Assembly: GCA_963840855.1 (NCBI GenBank)
Contig: CAWJBB010000033.1
Location: forward strand, 10,256-74,255
DNA from: an uncultured delta proteobacterium
Lineage (GTDB): Bacteria; Desulfobacterota; Binatia; UBA9968
DNA length: 64,000 nucleotides
Direction of reading: 5' to 3'
The notes under the pieces were generated by a model. That model saw only the letters and a list, made by a program, of their open reading frames with translations. It was not told the origin of the DNA and made no database searches. Positions within the stretch are counted from its first letter, which is position 1. Each line of letters starts with the position of its first letter. The position numbers and the translations under genes are program-made. Of the stretch, positions 46,511-55,687 are shown in pieces.

Positions 46511-47542
46511 TTATTCGGCGAGAACTTTTTTGACCCGCTCCATGACATCGCTCGGCTGGTTCATGAGTTCTTTCATCAGAACTTGTAGCTCTTCGCCGGG
46601 CGTATACTCCATATCCATCTGGCCCTTTTTCGCTTCTTCGATAAGGCCGGGATCTCTCATGGCTTTGGCATAGGCATCCCGCAGCATCTTCACTCGATCC
46701 GGCGGGTTGCCCGGGCCAGCCACCATCGGCCGGCCAAATTCTCCGCCCGCCAAAACGATGCGCGTTACGCCGCGCATAACTTCTGGAGTCTTATATTGGT
46801 CCATGAGTTCGAAGAGCGTCGGTGCATCGCCCATGCGCGGATCGCGCTTCGGTCCGCCTTGGAGTAGGTGACGGTCGAAGCCCTTCTTGTGCCAGGTCTC
46901 GAACGGCTCGCGGCCAAAGTGAGGAGGGATGTCCATGCCCCGGCAGACGATTTCACCGCGCTCCACCGCGACGTCGATCTCGCTGCCGCCCTGATATCCC
47001 GTCACCGTGTTGAGCTTTGCCTTGAAAGCTTCGTCCATGAGTCGCGCGATAAGATAGCCCGTACTGGCTGTCCCCGTCGAGCCGCATTTGGGCGGTTCGC
47101 TGGCTTTAATGATATCCGCAACGGTCTTGAACGGACTATCGGCGCGGAAATAGAGCATCGTCGGCGCCTTTTCCTGGGTGCCGATAAATTCAAATTTGCG
47201 CATGTCGAACTTGACTTCTTTACGGCCGACGATTTGATCGAGGTACAAGCTATTGATCGGCACCAACAAGGTCAGACCGTCGCTTTTGGCCAGGTTGTAA
47301 ACATAGTTGGCCGCGATCACCGAACTCGCCCCAGGCATGTTTTGCACGACGAAGTTGGGGTTTCCGGGTATGTATTTTGGCATATAGCGCGACAGCAGTC
47401 TCGCCCAGCGGTCGTAGAAGCCTCCGGGCGTAAAACCGACGATAACTCTAACGGTCTTATCCTGGTAGAACGGCGTGGCTTGAGCCCGAAGGAACGAGGC
47501 GGAGGAAACGATCAAAAAGACGACGAGGATTAGAGTGCCCAT
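46511..47542 (-). CDS. TctC/Bug family substrate-binding protein (array paralog H)
   Basis: MGTLILVVFLIVSSASFLRA|QATPFYQDKT. Motifs VVQNMPGASSVIAANYVYNLAKSDGLT, PPKCG...GEIVCRG. AGGAGGG RBS. Closest to G. Confidence 0.9.
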   Translation of the reverse strand: MGTLILVVFLIVSSASFLRAQATPFYQDKTVRVIVGFTPGGFYDRWARLLSRYMPKYIPGNPNFVVQNMPGASSVIAANYVYNLAKSDGLTLLVPINSLYLDQIVGRKEVKFDMRKFEFIGTQEKAPTMLYFRADSPFKTVADIIKASEPPKCGSTGTASTGYLIARLMDEAFKAKLNTVTGYQGGSEIDVAVERGEIVCRGMDIPPHFGREPFETWHKKGFDRHLLQGGPKRDPRMGDAPTLFELMDQYKTPEVMRGVTRIVLAGGEFGRPMVAGPGNPPDRVKMLRDAYAKAMRDPGLIEEAKKGQMDMEYTPGEELQVLMKELMNQPSDVMERVKKVLAE

Positions 47543-47725
47543 TAGCCCTCCTGACTTTTCCTATCTAGCATGCTCCCGGCAGTCCTATTCATCGGTCACC
47601 CGCGTTGAGGCGGGAAGAACTTCTGGATTAAGCCGGTGAATGCTTGTGGCAAAATGAGTTGACAAAGGGGAATTGCCGGATCGCGTGTGATGCGAGTTAA
47701 CGCCGTTTGCACGCTGCTATGAATT

Positions 47726-48214
47726 TTATTCCCATCCAAGCCAGGCAAAGATGCGCCCCTCGGGAAAGGGCAGTGTAAGGAGCTTTACGAACAGCAACCA
47801 AAAAACGCCATAGGCAAGCGCCGTCAAACCGATGGACAGGCCCCATGACTCCTTCGATTGAATTTTGAGGTACGTAAACATCATTACGACAATGCTGATA
47901 GGGAATCCCACAAGCCAAACCCCGAGCAAAAAGCAAAAAAACCAGGTAAACATGACAATAGCCCGCTTTTTTGCCAGCGCCGGATCAATGTCTTTGGTAA
48001 ATTGAAAATCCATCGGCGTGCCGTCGGATGTTTGCTTGGGCTTATATCCTCTTAAATCCAGAACGACCTGGATAACGGCCAAGATCACCATCGGGAAGCC
48101 GATGGCCCAAGGGTAAAGCCTGGCCTGGAGTCGCCAATCCTGGGCGACGTAAACCCAAACGATAAAAAATATTAGTGCGCAAATACTAAAAATCGCCGGC
48201 CCTCTGATTTTCAC
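47726..48214 (-). CDS. tctB: tripartite tricarboxylate transporter small membrane subunit TctB
   Basis: 162 aa, 4 TM helices, with TctB-like features (..RLYPWAIGFPMVILAVIQV.., ..GFPISIVVMMFTYL.., ..LPFPEGRIF). GTG start 13 nt after the amidohydrolase stop, preceded by AGGAAGGA. Confidence 0.75.
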   Translation of the reverse strand: MKIRGPAIFSICALIFFIVWVYVAQDWRLQARLYPWAIGFPMVILAVIQVVLDLRGYKPKQTSDGTPMDFQFTKDIDPALAKKRAIVMFTWFFCFLLGVWLVGFPISIVVMMFTYLKIQSKESWGLSIGLTALAYGVFWLLFVKLLTLPFPEGRIFAWLGWE

Positions 48215-48227
48215 GATGTTATCCTTC

Positions 48228-49259
48228 CTATACGGCCCAGCCGTAGAGTTTCATGGCGTTGGCGCGCGTGATCTTAGCTTTCTGCTGGTCTGATATATCC
48301 GTTCTGCCGCGCACTGTCGATACCATATAGGGAAAATTACCGTCCCAGTGGGGATAGTCGGAGGCGAACAGTATCACATCTTCGCCGGCCTTTTCCAGAA
48401 CATACGGGAGCGTGTTTTCTTCCGGCTCGGTGGCGTAGAACCAGTTGCCAGCGGTCATATACGCGCTCGGCTTTTTCTTCAATAGCGGCGCCTCGGATTG
48501 GCGCTTCTCCCATTCTTCATCCATCCGGTCCATCCAGTAGGGCACCCAGCCGCAACCGCATTCCAAAAAGGCGATGCGCAGGTTGGGAAACTTTTCCGGC
48601 ACTCCGCCATAAACCAGCGCCGCGCAGTCGATAAAGGTTTCGAAGGGACGCCCAATGGTGTGGCGGAATAAAAAAGTGTCGAAGCGGATTTCCCCCGCGG
48701 GCCCCTGGCGCGAGTTGTGAATCAACAGCGGCGCGTTGAGCTTCTGTAACTCTTCATAGATCGGCCAGAACAGGGGCTGGCCGATATGTTCTTTCAGCCC
48801 AAAGGTGCCGACCGCGATGCCCACAAGGCCGAGCTTGGTTATCGCCCGCTGGGCTTCTTTGCACGCGGCATCGACATCTTGAAAGGGGACGAGGCCCACG
48901 GCTTTTAGGCGCGGGCTTTCGGCGCAGACTGACGCAACCCAATCGTTGTAACCGCGGCAGTAAGCGGCGGCATAGTCTCTCTCCGGTGTTTGCGTGATGC
49001 CAAAACCGCTGGTTGGAAACAAGACTGAAATGTCGATGCCCTCTTTGTCCATATCGCGCAGCCGGGTCGGCACGTCGTCAACTTGCAAGCCGAGCTTGCC
49101 AAACATGCTGGAGTCCCAGACATCGTTTGGCAAAAGTCCGCCCTGGCGGCGGCAATAGGGCTCAGCCATAAACTTGCGAATATCCGAGTCACGGTCGCGC
49201 ACATGACCGTCGGCGTCGATAACTCTCACGTCTGCCAAATTTGGGACTGCCATGACCAT
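48228..49259 (-). CDS. amidohydrolase_2 family metal-dependent hydrolase/decarboxylase (first gene of the TTT operon-like block)
   Basis: VIDADGHVRD near the N-terminus and LFASDYPHWDG near the C-terminus. 343 aa. Confidence 0.85.
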   Translation of the reverse strand: MVMAVPNLADVRVIDADGHVRDRDSDIRKFMAEPYCRRQGGLLPNDVWDSSMFGKLGLQVDDVPTRLRDMDKEGIDISVLFPTSGFGITQTPERDYAAAYCRGYNDWVASVCAESPRLKAVGLVPFQDVDAACKEAQRAITKLGLVGIAVGTFGLKEHIGQPLFWPIYEELQKLNAPLLIHNSRQGPAGEIRFDTFLFRHTIGRPFETFIDCAALVYGGVPEKFPNLRIAFLECGCGWVPYWMDRMDEEWEKRQSEAPLLKKKPSAYMTAGNWFYATEPEENTLPYVLEKAGEDVILFASDYPHWDGNFPYMVSTVRGRTDISDQQKAKITRANAMKLYGWAV

Positions 49260-49412
49260 CTCCTTCGAATACTATCGGATTTACCCAGGCTCCACAGGTT
49301 TCGCTATACCGCGCCACCGATTACCATACGACACGATTGAAGGTCAATGGCGATTTACCCTTTTTCACTGGATGCAACTGTGGTAAATGGGCTCCAAGCA
49401 TCGAGAGTCATC

Positions 49413-50609
49413 ATGGATTTTCGCCTGACCGAGGAAGAAGAAAAACTGCGCAGAAGCGTAGAAGACTTCGTGCGCGACGAATTGATCCCGCTGGAGCCGG
49501 AGTTTGCCAACGCGCCGGACATTTTTGAAGGCACGCGGTGGAAAAGCCGCGCGACCTTGAGCCGCGATCCGGAAATCAAGCGCTACATCGCGCTCATGGA
49601 CGGCTTGGAAAAAAAGGCTGAAGCGAAGGGGCTCTGGTATCTCGACGTGCCGCAGCAATATGGCGGCATGGCGGTGAGCAATGTCGCCATGATCGCCACC
49701 ACCGAGGAGCTGGAGAAAAGCTCGATTCCTTTTGAATTGGGCAACCATGTCTCGAATATTCTCTATAATTGCACGGGCGATCAGGTCGAACGGTTTTTGC
49801 TACCCTGCATCCGCGGCGAAAAAACATCCGCCTTCGCTTTGAGCGAGCCGGCGTCGGGCGCCGATCCGTCGATGTTGCAAACCACGGCGACGCCCAAGGG
49901 CGACGACTTCATCATCAACGGCACAAAAATGTTTCCTACCTTCGCCGATGTCGCGGACTTCGTACAGCTCTTCGCCCGCCTGCCGGGCACCAAGGGGCGC
50001 GAAGGCGTTACCTGCTTTCTGATCGACACCGGGGCGCCCGGCTACCGCGTCGTGCGCAGCATCGAGACCATCGCGGGAAGCGAGCCCTGCGAGCTGGTCT
50101 TCGAAGATTGCCGGGTGCATAAATCGCAGGTGCTGGGCGAAGTGGGCAACGGCTGGGCGCTCAATCAGGCATGGCTGGGCGCGCGCCGCTTTCAAGTGGG
50201 CATGCGGGCGCACGGCATGGCGCGCCGCGTGCTGCGCACCGTGGCCGACTTGTTGCGTGGCGATGCCAAAGAGGCGGAAAAGTACAGCGGCGCCATCGGC
50301 CACTTTCTCGGCGAGCTAGAGGCGCTGAGAACGATCACCTATTACGGCGCATGGAAAGCGGATCAAAAACTCGATGTCCGCACCGAAGCTGCCAACGTGA
50401 AACTGTTCGGCACCGAGCTATTGCACAAGGTGATCGATTTTGCACTGGAAGCGGCCGGTCCGGCCGCGTTTCGCAAACGGCACGCTATCGCGCGGTCGTT
50501 CCGTCACGCCCGGGCGCGCCGGATCATCGAAGGGCCGTCGGAAATCCAGCGCCATATCATACAACGCGCGCTCTTCAGAGAGGGCGTCGCGCTGTGCGAG
50601 TTGATTTGA
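49413..50609 (+). CDS. acyl-CoA dehydrogenase
   Basis: MDFRLTEEEEKLRRSVEDFV..., FALSEPASGADPS, DDFIINGTKMF, and a C-terminal ..RIIEGPSEIQRHIIQRAL carrying the catalytic-Glu context. Confidence 0.88.
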   Translation: MDFRLTEEEEKLRRSVEDFVRDELIPLEPEFANAPDIFEGTRWKSRATLSRDPEIKRYIALMDGLEKKAEAKGLWYLDVPQQYGGMAVSNVAMIATTEELEKSSIPFELGNHVSNILYNCTGDQVERFLLPCIRGEKTSAFALSEPASGADPSMLQTTATPKGDDFIINGTKMFPTFADVADFVQLFARLPGTKGREGVTCFLIDTGAPGYRVVRSIETIAGSEPCELVFEDCRVHKSQVLGEVGNGWALNQAWLGARRFQVGMRAHGMARRVLRTVADLLRGDAKEAEKYSGAIGHFLGELEALRTITYYGAWKADQKLDVRTEAANVKLFGTELLHKVIDFALEAAGPAAFRKRHAIARSFRHARARRIIEGPSEIQRHIIQRALFREGVALCELI

Positions 50610-50702
50610 ATAGGCGAGAGGCGAAAGGCGGTAGGCGTGAGAGTCGACGGAAAAGCGTGCGTTGCCCTAGAACTCATGCCTGTTGCCTCTCGCCTCACGC
50701 GC
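50610..50702. repeat. GGCGTGAGG-type inverted repeat filling the ACAD1/ACAD2 spacer
   Basis: aggcgagaggcgaaaggcggtaggcgtgagag (left, 7-nt period GGCGNNA) / ctcatgcctgttgcctctcgcctcacgc (right). Confidence 0.8.
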
Positions 50703-50713
50703 TGAATTCTTTT

Positions 50714-51819
50714 ATGGATTTTAGACTTAGCGAAGAAGAAAAACTGATTCGCGAAACCGCGGCGCAGTTCGTGCGCCGCGAAATGATGACGCGGGAGCGG
50801 GACTATCTCAGGCAGGAAGAGCTGTTTTTGCCGCCCGGTGATCCGCCGCGGCGCGAGCTCGACCCCGAGGCGTACGATTCTCTGCGCGAAAATCGCCCGG
50901 CGTATCGGGCTTTGGGCGCCGGAGCTGCAAACGTCCGGCGAAGGCGAACCGATGAGCACCGTAGCACGGGTGTTGGTTCATCGGGAGTTCGGCCGGACCA
51001 TTCTGCCCTTTGAGCCGGCTTTCAATTCCGGCCTTAGTGGCCGGGACGCCCTACGCCAAGGATCTAATGGCCGGCAAGCTATCGCTGTCCCTGGCCTTCG
51101 ATCAGGTTCACGGCACCGGGACCCTCGAGGGCGTCACAACCAGCTATCGGCAAGCCGCCGACAGCTTCGCGCTCAGCGTTTCGCGCATGGATATATTAAA
51201 TCCAGAGGCTGACCTCTTCTTGCTGCCGGCTCGACACGAAGCATCGGAACAAGTCGGACTATTTCTGATTGCGTCGGATGCGCCGGGACTTTGCATCGAT
51301 GCCAGCGAGGATTTGACCACGGATGCGATCATCGCCTCGCTTTCGCTCGACCAGTGCATCGTCAGCAAGGATCAGCTGTTGGGCCATGAATCCGAGATTG
51401 CGACGATCGTCGCGTCGGAGCAGTTGCGCATCGCGGCGCGCTGTCTCGGCATCGCCATGCGTTGCCTCGCCGACACCATCGAGCACGCGCGCAACCGCGT
51501 GACCTTCGGCAGGCCGCTTGCGCAGCGCCAGGCGGTTCAATGGATGCTGGCCGATTTATCGACCGATATCGCGACGTCGACCTGGCTCACGCTGGAGGCC
51601 GCGTGGCGTGCCGATAATGATATGCCGTACTTTCAGGAGGCGGCGCTGGCGAAGAAACGCGCGGCGAAAATGGCTTTCCAGGCCGCCGATACGGCGATCC
51701 AGATACATGGCGGATATGGCGTGTGCAAAGAGTTTCCCTTCGAGGGCTTCTATCGCGAAGCCCGGCTGATGCGCCTGCTCTATGGACGGGAAGCGGAGAT
51801 GGATCGGGCGCGCGGGTGA
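50714..51819 (+). pseudogene. acyl-CoA dehydrogenase family protein (second, divergent subunit-like), two frame breaks (as assembled)
   Basis: MDFRLSEEEKLIRETAAQFVRREM...AYDSLRE | KIARRIGLWAPELQTSGEGEPMSTVARVLVHREFGRTILPFEP | ..IPALVAGTPYAKDLMAGK...RNRVTFGRPLAQRQAVQWMLADL...IQIHGGYGV...LLYGREAEMDRARG*. The shifts are at about 50885-50892 and about 51005-51030. Confidence 0.8.
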
Positions 51820-51830
51820 AAAATTTTTAA

Positions 51831-51914
51831 GGCAAGAGGCATGAGGCACTGAGGCGCGAGCAGGGCGAGACGAATTTCGTCTTCCTCTACTGTAGCCTCG
51901 CGCCTCACGCCTGC
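51831..51914. repeat. GGCGTGAGG-type inverted repeat filling the ACAD2/thiolase spacer
   Basis: ggcaagaggcatgaggcactgaggcgcgag ... inner hairpin agacga-aat-tcgtct ... ctcgcgcctcacgcctgc. Confidence 0.8.
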
Positions 51915-51931
51915 GACTGAAAGGAGCTAAG

Positions 51932-53084
51932 ATGCGACGAAAAAAAGTTTGTTTTGTCGGCTACGGTTCGACGGAGTATTCGCGCAAATCGGAGGAGTCG
52001 CAATTGGGCCATTATGCGACGGCGATTCGCGCGGCGTTGAATCAGACCGGGCTCAAGAAGAACGACATTCACGGGCTGTCGATCACGACGCAGGCGAGTC
52101 CCGACACCGCGCCGCATGTGGCGGAGCAGCTGGGTTTTGAATTGGATTGGGTATTGAACGGCGATTACGGCGGCGCGGGCGGAGTCGGCGCGGTGCGTCG
52201 GGCGGCCGATGCCATCGAGTGCGGCCATCTCGACGTCGCCCTGTTGGTGGGCGGCAACTCTTTCGATCGAAGCGTGGCGCATCAGCGTCCGCTGGAATAC
52301 CAGCGCGGCAATTTCGTCGATGTTTACGGCTACGGCGGGCCCAATAGCTTGATGGCGTTGATCCAAAGGCTGCACATGGAAAACTTCGGCACGACTTTGG
52401 AACAAATTGGCAAGATCGCCGTGGCGCAGCGCTTCAATGCGATCAATAATCCGCAGGCGCTGTTTCGCGAGCCGATGTCGATGCAGGACTATCTCAACTC
52501 GCGCATGATCTCCGATCCGATCCGGCTGTTCGACTGTGTTATGCCGTGCTCCGGAGCCGAATGCTTGATTGTCGCTTCAGAGGAAAAAGCCAAACAGATT
52601 ACCGACAAGCTGGTTTATCTGGTTACAGACGCCGAGAAGGTGCACTACCAGGTCGCCAACATGTTGCCGGAGAAGACCACCTTTGGCATGAAAGCGGTGG
52701 GCGAGAAAATATTCGCGGAAGTGAAGCGCGAAGACATCGACTTGTTTGAAATTTACGACGACTATCCGATCGCGGTGATGATCCAGATCGAAGACTTCGG
52801 TTACTGCAAAAAAGGCGACGGCGGAAAATTCGTCGACGCTCACGATTTGACTTACAACGGCGATTTTCCCGTCAACACCGGCGGCGGCGAGTTGTCCGTC
52901 GGCCAAGCCGGCCTTGCAGGCGGTTTTTTGCACGTCGTCGAAGCTCTGCGGCAACTCAGAGGGCGAAGCCGAAGGCCATCAGGTGAAGAAGGCTGAGCGT
53001 GCTTTGGTCACCGGCATCGGCTGGCTCAACTATGGGCGCAATCTCGGCACCACCGCCGCGCTGGTCATGGAAAGGAGAAAGTAA
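51932..53084 (+). pseudogene. thiolase-like (SCP-x/DUF35-partnered type) protein, one frame break near the 3' end (as assembled)
   Basis: AAGGAG RBS. KVCFVGYGSTEYSRKS..., CVMPCSGAECLIV, NTGGGELSVGQAGLAGGFLHVVEALRQLRG, then EAEGHQVKKAERALVTGIGWLNYGRNLGTTAALVMERRK* in the +1 frame. The shift is at the GGG at 52961-52963. TAATG overlap with the next gene. Confidence 0.78.
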
Positions 53085-53501
53085 TGGCTGAAGCAAGGAC
53101 TCCGCAAAAAAGCTTGCCCAAGATCAATCCCGTCGACGCGCCGTTTTGGCAAGGCGCCGCAAACGATAAGTTTCTTCTGCAGAAGTGCAAGAGCTGCGGC
53201 AAGGTGCAATTCTTCCCGCGCGTCGCCTGTGTCGACTGCTTCGGCGAGATGGCCTGGATCGAAGTCGAAGGGCACCGGCAAGATTCATACTTTCACGCTA
53301 GTGCGCGTGCCGCGCAACCCGGCTTTCAAGGAAGAGGTGCCGATCTATTATATCAACGTGATCTTGGATGAAGGTGTAATCATTGAAAGCCGATTGGTCG
53401 GCGATTCCAAAGAAAAAGTGAAAATGGGCGACCGGGTCAAAGTCGTTTATCAGGCGACCCACGATCCGACGATAAAGCTGCCGTGCTTTGAGCTGGCATA
53501 G
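53084..53501 (+). pseudogene. DUF35 Zn-ribbon/OB-fold protein (thiolase partner), one frame break (as assembled)
   Basis: PFWQGAANDKFLLQKCKSCGKVQFFPRVACVDCFGEMAWIEVEG, then TGKIHTFTLVRVPRNPAFKEEVPIYYINVILDEGVIIESRLVG... in the +1 frame. The shift is at the GGG at 53270-53272. Confidence 0.78.
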
Positions 53502-53623
53502 GGGAATTTTGGATTTTCGATTTTGCGATTGTTTTCCGAAAATTCCCTCCCCGCGAAAGTGGTGGGGGCAGAGTGAGGGAAACCTCTGTGCATAAAAAAA
53601 TCATAGGCAAAAGGCGTGAGTGG
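53501..53623. repeat. hairpin of GATTTTN tandem units plus a GGCGTGAG unit in the DUF35/SBP spacer
   Basis: gggaattttgga (53502-53513) pairs with tccgaaaattccc (53535-53547) around ttttcgattttgcgattgtt. ataggcaaaaggcgtgagtgg is at 53604-53623. Confidence 0.7.
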
Positions 53624-53729
53624 AAAAATGAATAGGAAAGTCGTGTGGCGGTGCGATATTCAGTTCAGGCACGACGGTGACTTAGTTTGCTTGTGAGGCT
53701 ACAGCAAAGCTGACTTCGAGGAAGGTAAA

Positions 53730-54722
53730 ATGATTAAAGCCCGATTGCTGCTAATGGTAGTTTGCTGTCTCTCACTCTTTGCTACCGCTTCAATTTTTGC
53801 CCAGTCCAAACCGTTGCGGGAAATGAAAGTCGGCTATCCTTTGGGCGGGTCCACGGGCTTTTTCTGGGTGGCGCATCGCTCCGGCTCCTTCGAAAAACAC
53901 GGCATCAAAGTCGAGCCGATCTACATCAGAGGCGGGTTGATGGGCATCCAAGCGGCGCTTTCCGGCGATCTTAATCTTCAGCTCCAAGGTGCGTCCACCG
54001 TGGTCAACGCCTGGGCTCAGGGCGCGAAAGAGCTGCAATTCATCGGCGCCGTGGGCAATCGACTCGACTATATTTTGGCCGCGCATCCGTCGATCCGCCG
54101 CCCCGAGGATCTCAAGGGCAAGAGAATCGGCGTCAGCCAGATCGGCTCGAGCACTGACTTTATCGCGCGGCTTGCTGCCCGGCGGGTGGGCTTGATTCCC
54201 GACAAGGACGTGCAGATCGCCGGCACCGGCGGGCAGGGAGATCGCTGGATTGCGCTCACGGCCGGGCATATTCACGCCACTGTGCTCCAATCGCCTTTTA
54301 CTCTGAGGGCGCGCAAAGCCAATTATCCGATCCTCTTCGACTTTTCGAAGGAAGATTTTGAGTACACCATCGCCGGCCCACTGACCACCCGATCCTTCAT
54401 CAAGTCCGACCGCGAAACCGTGATGAATTTCATGCGCGGTCTTGCCGACGGGATGGATTTTTACCGGGACGAGAAGAATAAGGACCGTGTCATCAAGTTT
54501 CTCGGCGAATATTACCGATCCAACATCGTTGAAGAGCTGGAGGAAACACGCAGAGTCTATAGTCAAGTCACCCCGGGGCTGCCGATCATCACCGTTAAAG
54601 CGATGGAAAATGTCGTCGCCAACGATAAAAACCTCGCCGGCATGAATCTGAACTTTGCGGAGATTTTGGATTTATCGTTTCTTGAAAGACTGGCGCAGGA
54701 AAGAAAGGCGAAGGGGCGATAG
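53730..54722 (+). CDS. NMT1/THI5-like (NitT/TauT-type) ABC substrate-binding protein, orphan
   Basis: Signal peptide MIKARLLLMVVCCLSLFATASIFA|QS. ..KVGYPLGGSTGFFWVAH..GIKVEPIYIRGG...LKGKRIGVSQIGSSTDF... No cognate permease or ATPase is nearby. Confidence 0.7.
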   Translation: MIKARLLLMVVCCLSLFATASIFAQSKPLREMKVGYPLGGSTGFFWVAHRSGSFEKHGIKVEPIYIRGGLMGIQAALSGDLNLQLQGASTVVNAWAQGAKELQFIGAVGNRLDYILAAHPSIRRPEDLKGKRIGVSQIGSSTDFIARLAARRVGLIPDKDVQIAGTGGQGDRWIALTAGHIHATVLQSPFTLRARKANYPILFDFSKEDFEYTIAGPLTTRSFIKSDRETVMNFMRGLADGMDFYRDEKNKDRVIKFLGEYYRSNIVEELEETRRVYSQVTPGLPIITVKAMENVVANDKNLAGMNLNFAEILDLSFLERLAQERKAKGR

Positions 54723-54757
54723 GCGTCATATTTGGCGTGAGGAATAGGAATGAGAGG
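54705..54757. repeat. GGCGNNA tandem units overlapping the SBP stop and the ECH1 upstream spacer
   Basis: aaaggcgaaggggcgataggcgtcatatttggcgtgaggaataggaatgagagg (single orientation). Confidence 0.65.
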
Positions 54758-54791
54758 ATTGTTACGCTGCTGAATTTACAAAGGTGGGAAG

Positions 54792-55585
54792 ATGGATTTG
54801 AAACGATACTATTTGAAGTGCGCGATCAGATCGCGCTGGTGACATTTAACCGGCCGGAGTCGATGAATGCCATCAACCGGCAAATGGCGCGCGAGCTGGT
54901 CGACGCCTGTAAACAGATCGAAGACGATAGCGCTTTTCGCGTCGCAATTTTTACCGGTGCCGGGGAACGAGCATTTTCCGCCGGCATGGATCTGAAAGAG
55001 CGCGCCGAGACGGCGTTTTCACCCATCGACCGGCGCAATCAAAAAATATCGCAGACCATTCATACCCAGTCGCGCGCCATCGCTGCGATGACGAAGCCGA
55101 CCATCGCGGCGATCCGCGGTTACTGCGTGGGCGGCGGCCTCGAAATGGCGCTGGCGTGCGACATGCGCGTGGCCGCCGAGGATGCCAAACTTGGGCTAAC
55201 GGAGGTGCGTCGTGGGTTGATCCCCGGCGCAGGCGGTACGCAGCGGTTGCCGCGCGCGGTCGGCGTCGCCAAGGCGCTGGAGATCTGTTTGACCGGAGAC
55301 AATGTCACAGGTAGCGAAGCGCTGCGATTGGGTTTGGTGAATATCGCCGTGCCGGCGGCCGACGTGATCAAAGCTGCCGAGGATTTGGCGAGCAGAATTC
55401 TAAAAGGCGCGCCCATGTCGGTGGCTTTCATAAAGGAAGCGATCAAGAAGGGAATGGAGTTGCCGTTGGACGAAGGGTTGCGTTTGGAAGCCGATCTTTC
55501 CGCCATGATCGCGACCACCGAAGACAGCAAGGAAGGTCCGCGCGCCTTTGCCGAAAAACGCGCGCCCGTGTGGAAAGGGAAATAG
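54792..55585 (+). CDS. enoyl-CoA hydratase/isomerase (crotonase) 1, probable 1-nt frame break right after the start (as assembled)
   Basis: AAGGTGGGAAG plus the ATG at 54792 gives MD.., and adding one T to the T-run at 54797-54799 gives MDFETILFEVRDQIALVTFNRPE... Otherwise only a GTG at 54737 inside the repeat is available. Motifs FSAGMDLKE and GYCVGGGLEMALACD. Confidence 0.8.
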
Positions 55586-55610
55586 GCACGAGGCATGAGG
55601 CGCGCGGTAA
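55583..55610. repeat. GGCGTGAGG-type units in the ECH1/ECH2 spacer
   Basis: ataggcacgaggcatgaggcgcgcggta. It shares the 12-mer gaggcatgaggc with 51836-51847. Confidence 0.65.
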
Positions 55611-55687
55611 TCGAGGGGCGAGTACATGTTTGCGCCGTCTGGAACTCGCTGTTACCATTCGCCAACGCCTCTAGAAAGGAGGAACGA

